Of a stretch of 64,000 nucleotides of DNA, positions 57,170-64,000 are shown piece after piece. Position 1 is the first letter of the stretch, and each line of letters begins with the position of its first letter. The translations under genes were made by a program, and so were the position numbers. Below the pieces are notes generated by a model that worked only from the letters and a program-made list of their open reading frames with translations, did no database searches and was not told where the DNA came from. Source of the stretch: Eledone cirrhosa (Eukaryota); contig OZ024764.1 of NCBI GenBank assembly GCA_964016885.1, positions 11,284,001-11,348,000 on the forward strand. Direction: 5' to 3'.

Positions 57170-57876
57170 AATCCTGTACATTTTAGCCAGTTTTGTAAAT
57201 ATTTCTTTACCTAATTCCTCTTTCTTCAGCATTTTTAGGTGTATAGACCATATAGAGATTTTTTTTGCCCTTATTTTAGCATAGCATTTTGGAGAACAGT
57301 CTTGAATTTAAGTCCTGTATATTTTAGCCAATATGGTGAACTTTTCTTTGCCTAATTCTTTCCAGTTCAGCCTTTTTGAGAGTATTGGCCATGCAGGGGT
57401 TTTTCTTGAATTTAAGTCCTGTATATTTTAACCAGTATTGTGAATTTTCCTTTGCTTTATTCTTCCCTGTTTAGCATTTTTAGGAGTATTGGCCATAAAG
57501 GGATTTTCGTCTTATCCTTTTAGCATGTTCTGGAGAGCAAATTTAAATCCTGTACATCTTAGCCAATATGGTGAATTTTTCTTTGCCTATTTCTTCCCAG
57601 TTCACCCTTTTTGAACGTATTGGCCATGCAGGGGGTTTTTCTTGCCATCATTTAGCATAGCATTTTGGAGACATGTTTTTAGTCAAGATTTTAGTCTTTT
57701 CCCTTTCACCATTTCTGCTGCTGTTTTCCTTTTTTCTTCATAAATATCTGTCATTTTAGATTCTGTTCTGTACTTGTTGGTTGTGTTTTGTTCTTATTCT
57801 TCTTCCTCAAAAACAGAAAATAAATGTACGGTTTGCTCGTGCTTCGTGCTTAGTAGCTATTTGTATTAGCTCTCCA
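57170..57876 (-). pseudogene. R4/Dong-clade LINE ORF fragment with a four-fold old tandem duplication
   Basis: The minus strand encodes GELIQIATKHE and repeated, frameshifted WQEKPLHGQY...WLR.TGLK-like segments. Confidence 0.65.
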
Positions 57877-57884
57877 TTATTCTT

Positions 57885-60050
57885 CACTGGGTGTTGTTGT
57901 TGTTGCTGTTGTTGTTGGTGTTATTGTTGATGTGGTGTTGTTGTTTTTGTGGTGGTTTTGTTTTTGTGTTTTTGTTGTGGTTGTTGCTGTGGTGGTGGGG
58001 GTGGTGGTACTGTTATGTTGTTGTTGGTGGTGGTACTGTTGTTGTGTAGTGTTGTTGTTGTGTTGTTGTTTTTGTGGTGGTCGTGTTTTTGTTGTGATTG
58101 TTGCTGCTGTGGTGGTGGTGGTGGTGGTACTGTTGTGTTGGTGGTGGTACTGTTGTGGTGTAGTGTTTTTGTTGTGTTGTTGTTTTTGTGTTTTTGTTGT
58201 GGTTGTTGCTGTGGTGGTGGTGACGGTGGCGGTGGTGGCGGTTTTGTTGTTGTGGTTGTTGCTGTGATGGTGGTGGTACTGTTGTGTTGTTGTTGGTGGT
58301 AGTGTTTTTGTTGTTGTGGTTGTTGCTGTAGCTGCTGTGGTGGTGGTGATGGTGGTGGCAGTGTTGTTGTTGTAAGTGATGATGTCGATGATGATGATAA
58401 TGTCGATGATGATGATGATCTTGGTGATAGTGATGATGGCAGCTACTAGTGTTGTTGATAACAATGATGATAAAGATGATGATGATGGTGATGATGATGA
58501 TAAAGATATGATGATGATGATGATGATAAAGATGATGGTGATGATGATGATAAAGATGATGATGATGATGATAAAGATGATGATGGTGATGATGGTGATG
58601 ATGATGATGATGGTGATGATGATAAAGATGATTCTGAACATGAAAAACGTATGAATTATATGACTGAGTAGAAGAAACGGTTGGAAGAGGAGGAAGAAGA
58701 AGGGGAGGAGGGGAAGAATAGGGGGAGGAGGGGGAAGAAGAGGAGGGGGAGTAGTGCAAAGATTAAAAAACATTGGTTTTGGAAATGAAAGGCGGAAGGA
58801 AGCATGGAATAAAAAGAAAAGGGGGTAAAAAAAAATAAAAAAAAATAACCCTACCAAAAACAAAAGGTCTGCAGTGGAAAATATAGAGACTAAAGTCATG
58901 TGGTTATGTATGGTAATAAAACATGTAGTGGTGGTGTGGTGGTGGTGTGGTGGTGGGTGGAGGGGTGATTGTAGTGGTAGTGTGGTGATCGTGGTGGTAG
59001 TGTGGTGTGGTGTGGTGTGGTGTAGTATAGTATGGTGTGGTGATTGTGGTGGTAGTGTGGTGATGGTGGTGGTGTGGTGTAGTTTGGTGTGGTGGTAGTG
59101 TGGTGTGGTGATCATGGTGGTGTAGTGGTGCTGTAGTGTGGTGTGGTGGTGGTGGTGGTGGTGGTATGGTGGGGGGGGGATTGTAGTGGTAGTGTGGTGA
59201 TCGTGGTGGTGGTGGTGGGTGGAGGGGTGATTGTAGTGGTAGTGTGGTGATTGTGGTGGTGGTGGTGTGGTGTAGTATAGTATGGTGTGGTGATTGTGGT
59301 GGTAGTGTGGTGATCGTGGTGATGGTGGTGGTGTGGTGTAGTTTGGTGTGGTGGTAGTGTGGTGTAGTGTGGTGATTGTGGTGGTGGTGGTGGTGGTGGT
59401 GGTGTGGTGTAGTGTGGTGTAGTGGTGCTGTAGTGTGGTGGTGGTGGTGGTGGTATGGTGGTGGGGGGGTGATTGTAGTGGTAGTGTGGTGATTGTGGTG
59501 GTGGTGGTGGTGGGTGGAGGGGTGATTGTAGTGGTAGTGTGGTGATTGTGGTGGTGGTGTGGTGTGGTGTGGTGTAGTATAGTATAGTATAGTATGGTGT
59601 GGTGATTGTGGTGGTAGTGTGGTGATCGTGGCGATGGTGGTGGTGTGGTGGTAGTGTGGTGTGGTGTAGTGTGGTGATCATGGTGGTGTAGTGGTGCTGT
59701 AGTGTGGTGATCGTGGTGGTGGTGGTGGTGGTGGTGTGGTGGTAATGTGGTGTGGTGATCGTGGTGGTGGTGGTGGTGTGGTGATTGTGGTGGTAGTGTA
59801 GTGATCATGGTGGTGGTGGTAGTGTGATGTGGTGTGGTGTAGTATGGTGTGGTGTGGTGATTGTGGTGGTAGTGTGGTGATCGTGGTGATGGTTGTGGTG
59901 TAGTGTGGTGATTGTGGTGGTGATCGTGGTGGTCGTGGCGGTGTGGTGTAGTGTGGTGATCATGGTGGTGTAGTGGTAGTGTGGTGTGGTGGTATAGTGA
60001 TGGATTGATGGTGTGGTGGTGGTGGTGGTGGTGGTGGTAGGAGCTGTTGA
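57885..60050. repeat. (GTT)/(GAT)/(GGT) low-complexity tracts
   Basis: Read directly from the sequence. Confidence 0.9.
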
Positions 60051-60189
60051 ATGGTGTTGGGGTGATGTTGTGAATGCATCTAAGGGTTTTTGTATGTGCT
60101 GTGTATGTGTGTCTAAGATTTGTGAGGGTGTATAATAGTGAATATAGAAAACTATACATTGTGTGCGTGTGTGATGGTGTATGGGAGTG

Positions 60190-60228
<39 letters not shown>

Positions 60229-60351
60229 CAGAGTATAAAAGTTTTAATATAGAAGAGCTTCTACAGGACTAGAACTGTTTCATTCGTGAGAAATCATCCT
60301 GATGATTTCTCATTATGGTCCATCTGATTCCTTACCACAACTCCTTAGTTT

Positions 60352-60411
<60 letters not shown>

Positions 60412-60414
60412 TAT

Positions 60415-60624
60415 GGAGGCACATGGCTTAGTGGTTAGAGCATTGTCCTTGCAATCGAAAGGTTGTGAGTTCAATTCTCAGACCGAGTGATGTGTTGTTT
60501 CTTTGAGCAAGACACTTTATTTCACATTACTCCAGTTTACTCAGCTGTAGAAATGAGATGATAGGGACTGGGGTCCCTATCATTCCACTGCAAAGTGGTC
60601 GTGGAGGTGCCACGGCAAAAAAGC
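60415..60624 (+). mobile_element. SINE-A, 3'-truncated
   Basis: Matches 30004-30214. Confidence 0.85.
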
Positions 60625-60667
60625 ATACATACATATGGAGCCAAGTGCCTCCATATGTATGTGTATA

Positions 60668-61508
60668 TCATCATCACCGTTTTACGTCCGTTCTTCCACG
60701 CTAGCATGGGTTAGACGGGTTGTCCTGTTGTGGGCAGTGTCTGGTCGGCTGACCATGCCTTGCTCATACAGGAACTGATCTGGCTTGATTTCTACAGCTG
60801 GATGCCCTTCCTAACACCAACCTCATTTACAGTGAGTGCTGGGTGCTTTTTCGTGGCGCCTACACGTCCACTTTACAGTGTGGGCTGGGTGCTTTTTTGC
60901 CGTGGCACCTCCACGACCACCTTGCGGTGGGGGGGGGGGGGGCATATTGTTTATATGCTTCAGCATGTACCCATGGGAGGTCGGGTACCCTGTATTACTG
61001 CGTGACGCCAGAAGTCACGGTCGTGTGTCATTGACTTTGAGAGGTGTAGTTGGGTAAGGTCGGCTTTTATCACCTCATCCCAAGTCATCTTGGGTCTCCC
61101 CACTCCGCGGTTTCCATCAACTTCTAGTGCTCTGCACCTTTTTATGCAGCTGTCATCCTTCATACGCATCACATGTCCATACCAGCGTAACCGCCTCTCC
61201 TGCACGCAGCATTTGATTCCTCTTATGCTCAGTCTCTCTCTCAATTCCTTTATGCTTTGTCGTTCACGTATATTACTGTTACACATCCATCGGAGCATGC
61301 AGGCTTCGTTTCTCTCTAATCTACGTAAGTCTTCCACCTTCAGCGCCCAGGTCTCACTACCATGCAACATCGCTGTTCGGATACACGCATCATACAGTCT
61401 GCCTTTCATTCTGAGGGAGAAGCCTTTTGCAGCTAGCAGTGGTAGTAGTTCCCTAAACTTCTTCCATCCCGTTCTTACCCTAGTTATTGTACTTTCTGAG
61501 CACCCACC
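60668..61508 (-). mobile_element. RTE-clade LINE 3' fragment (ORF C-terminus 61508-60960 plus 3' UTR)
   Basis: Translation GWKKFRELLPLL...KGRLYDACIRTAMLHGSETW...RRLRWYGHVMR...GRPKMTWDEVIK...DRDFWR; (GAT)n tail. Confidence 0.92.
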
Positions 61509-61597
61509 ATATATATATATAACAAATTGAATGTAGTGTATATACAGAAATAGCTGTCGAAACCGCTTGAGCTCTCCCGTCGGGGGTCATACTTTTT

Positions 61598-61657
<60 letters not shown>

Positions 61658-61852
61658 ATATGCATACACAAACCTATATATACATGCGCAATTACAAACA
61701 TGCACACTCGGACAGAAACACGCAGACCCATACACATATGGATGCACACACACAAACACACACAGATTTTCACACACACACACACATATGTATATATACA
61801 TGCACACACAAACACACACACGCATATGTATGCACATGTATACACAGACATG

Positions 61853-61884
<32 letters not shown>

Positions 61885-62269
61885 CATATATACATTCGCA
61901 CACAAGCAAACAAACAGACAGACATATATATATATATATATACATACACACACACACACAAGCTCACATATTCACATGCATACATACACACATGTACACA
62001 CACAAATAACCCCCCCCCCCCTCCTCCTCACACACACAAGACAGCACAGCATTATCGGATCCGATATCAATCAGATAAAAGACCCAAACAACAACAACAA
62101 CAACAACAACAAAATAACAATCGCAAATTTTAATAATCAATCAATGACAATTTAACGATATTGTTTAAAGATATTGTACAATATGTTTTGTAAATTTTAA
62201 AACAAACATTAGAAAATATATATATTTGTTATATATATATAAACAAATATATATATATATATTTAAATA

Positions 62270-62860
62270 TATCTATATAGATTTAAATATGTGTATATAT
62301 ATTTAAATATGTATATATATTTAAATATGTGTATATATATTTAAATGTGTGTATATATATTTAAATATGTGTATATATATTTAAATGTGTGTATATATAT
62401 TTAAATGTGTGTATATATTTAAATATGTGTATATATATTTAAATATATATATATATTTAAATATGTATATATATTTAAATATGTATATATATATTTAAAT
62501 ATGTGTATATAGATTTAAATATGTATATATATTTAAATATGTGTATATATATTTAAATATGTATATATATTTAAATGTGTGTATATATATTTAAATATGT
62601 GTATATATATTTAAATATGTATATATATTTAAATATGTGTATATATATTTAAATATGTATATATATTTAAATATATATATATATTTAAATATGTGTATAT
62701 ATATTTAAATATGTATATATATTTAAATATGTGTATATATATTTAAATATGTGTATATATTTAAATATGTGTATATATATTTAAATATGTGTGTATGTAT
62801 ATATTTAAATATATATATATTTAAATATGTGTATATATATTTAAATATGTATATAAATAT
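62270..62860. repeat. 18-22-bp AT-rich minisatellite (ATTTAAATATGTGTATATAT)
   Basis: Read directly from the sequence. Confidence 0.9.
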
Positions 62861-62911
62861 ATATTTATTTATATAAATATATATATTTACATTTATATAA
62901 ATATAACTATA

Positions 62912-62987
<76 letters not shown>

Positions 62988-63014
62988 TATATATATATTA
63001 CATATATAGACACA

Positions 63015-63048
<34 letters not shown>

Positions 63049-63194
63049 AAGGAGGGATAATTTTTTTCAAGCCCTCCTTTGTAATATTGTAGTTGGTTAA
63101 TGTTTATTAATCTAATCACAACTTGTTTGATTGTGTTCATGTTGTGGATCCTTTTGTTAGTGTTGGAGGTGGGGACTTTTGTTTGCTGTGTGTG

Positions 63195-63255
<61 letters not shown>

Positions 63256-63467
63256 AAGTATATATATATATATATATATATATGCATAAATATAAATATC
63301 ATCATCAAACATTAAAACAATGATATAATTATAAATATATATATATATATATACATACATACTCATATATATGTATGTATGTATGTATAAATACATATAT
63401 ATTTATATATATATATAATATAGACATGTATTTGTTAATCATATACAAGATATTAGATGTATGTATG

Positions 63468-63498
<31 letters not shown>

Positions 63499-63699
63499 GT
63501 ATGTGTGCATATATGTGTGTGTGTATATATATATATGTATAATGTATGTCTGTATACATATATATGTGTGTGTGTATATATGTGTGTATATATATGTATA
63601 ATGTATGTATGTATACATATATATATATATATGTGTGTGTATGTATGTGTATTTATGTATAAAGGCTGTTGCCTTCCTTCTTTGTTTTGCGTCCATTGT

Positions 63700-63974
63700 T
63701 TAAGGATTTCGGTAAATCAGAACTTTAGAGTATGTTGTTGATGTTGATGATGATGATGATGATTGGGAAACAATAATGGTGGAGATAGTGATGTCCCGAC
63801 CATCTGCACCTACATCACCAGCCCTCTCCCCCTCCTGCAACACTATAAAGCTCCATCTGTTTCCATCATCAGCTCTAACTGCTGATTGTGTATATAGTGG
63901 TTGTGGGGGAAGGGGCATTTCAGCAGGGGTAGGAGGTGTCTGTAAATGCTGAGTACAACACTCTCGAGTTTCCA
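63700..63974 (-). CDS. Candidate terminal coding exon of an unknown gene (weak)
   Basis: The only ~90-codon open frame in complex, non-transposon sequence. It begins right after an AG, but the upstream tract is (TA)n and no homology was recognised. Confidence 0.25.
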
Positions 63975-64000
63975 CTATATATATATATATATATATATAT

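Noticed and set aside
57877-60159. 760-aa His/Thr/Pro-rich ORF, and similar ORFs at 9534-10964, 40033-42046 and 49949-50980
   Set aside because: These trinucleotide-derived tracts are open in several frames on both strands, with no splice or domain evidence.

Overview
This is a repeat-dominated animal genomic window (intergenic or intronic), most consistent with a coleoid cephalopod (octopus-like); the organism is inferred from the repeat families. No intact protein-coding gene is supported, and nearly all listed ORFs are translations of (TA)n, (CA)n or (GGT)n microsatellites or of minisatellites. Recognisable elements are decayed LINE fragments (CR1, two RTE families, L1/Tx1, R4/Dong, a Penelope GIY-YIG piece), two tRNA-derived SINE families, piggyBac-like and Tc1/pogo-like MITEs, and arrays with 29, 48, 62/68, 72, 87, 113-116 and 143-bp units. 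Three observations stand out. (1) Several fold-back elements next to (TA)n tracts, one with 333-bp arms, carry minimal type-I hammerhead ribozyme motifs; two unrelated elements share a non-canonical U3-A8 core (UUGAAAA...GAAA-CCGG-UH) on both strands. (2) Two canonical hammerheads have palindromic stem III. (3) A covarying H-type pseudoknot plus hairpin module in the RTE 3' UTR is shared with a SINE and repeatedly expands into minisatellites. All RNA structures were read by eye and are untested.
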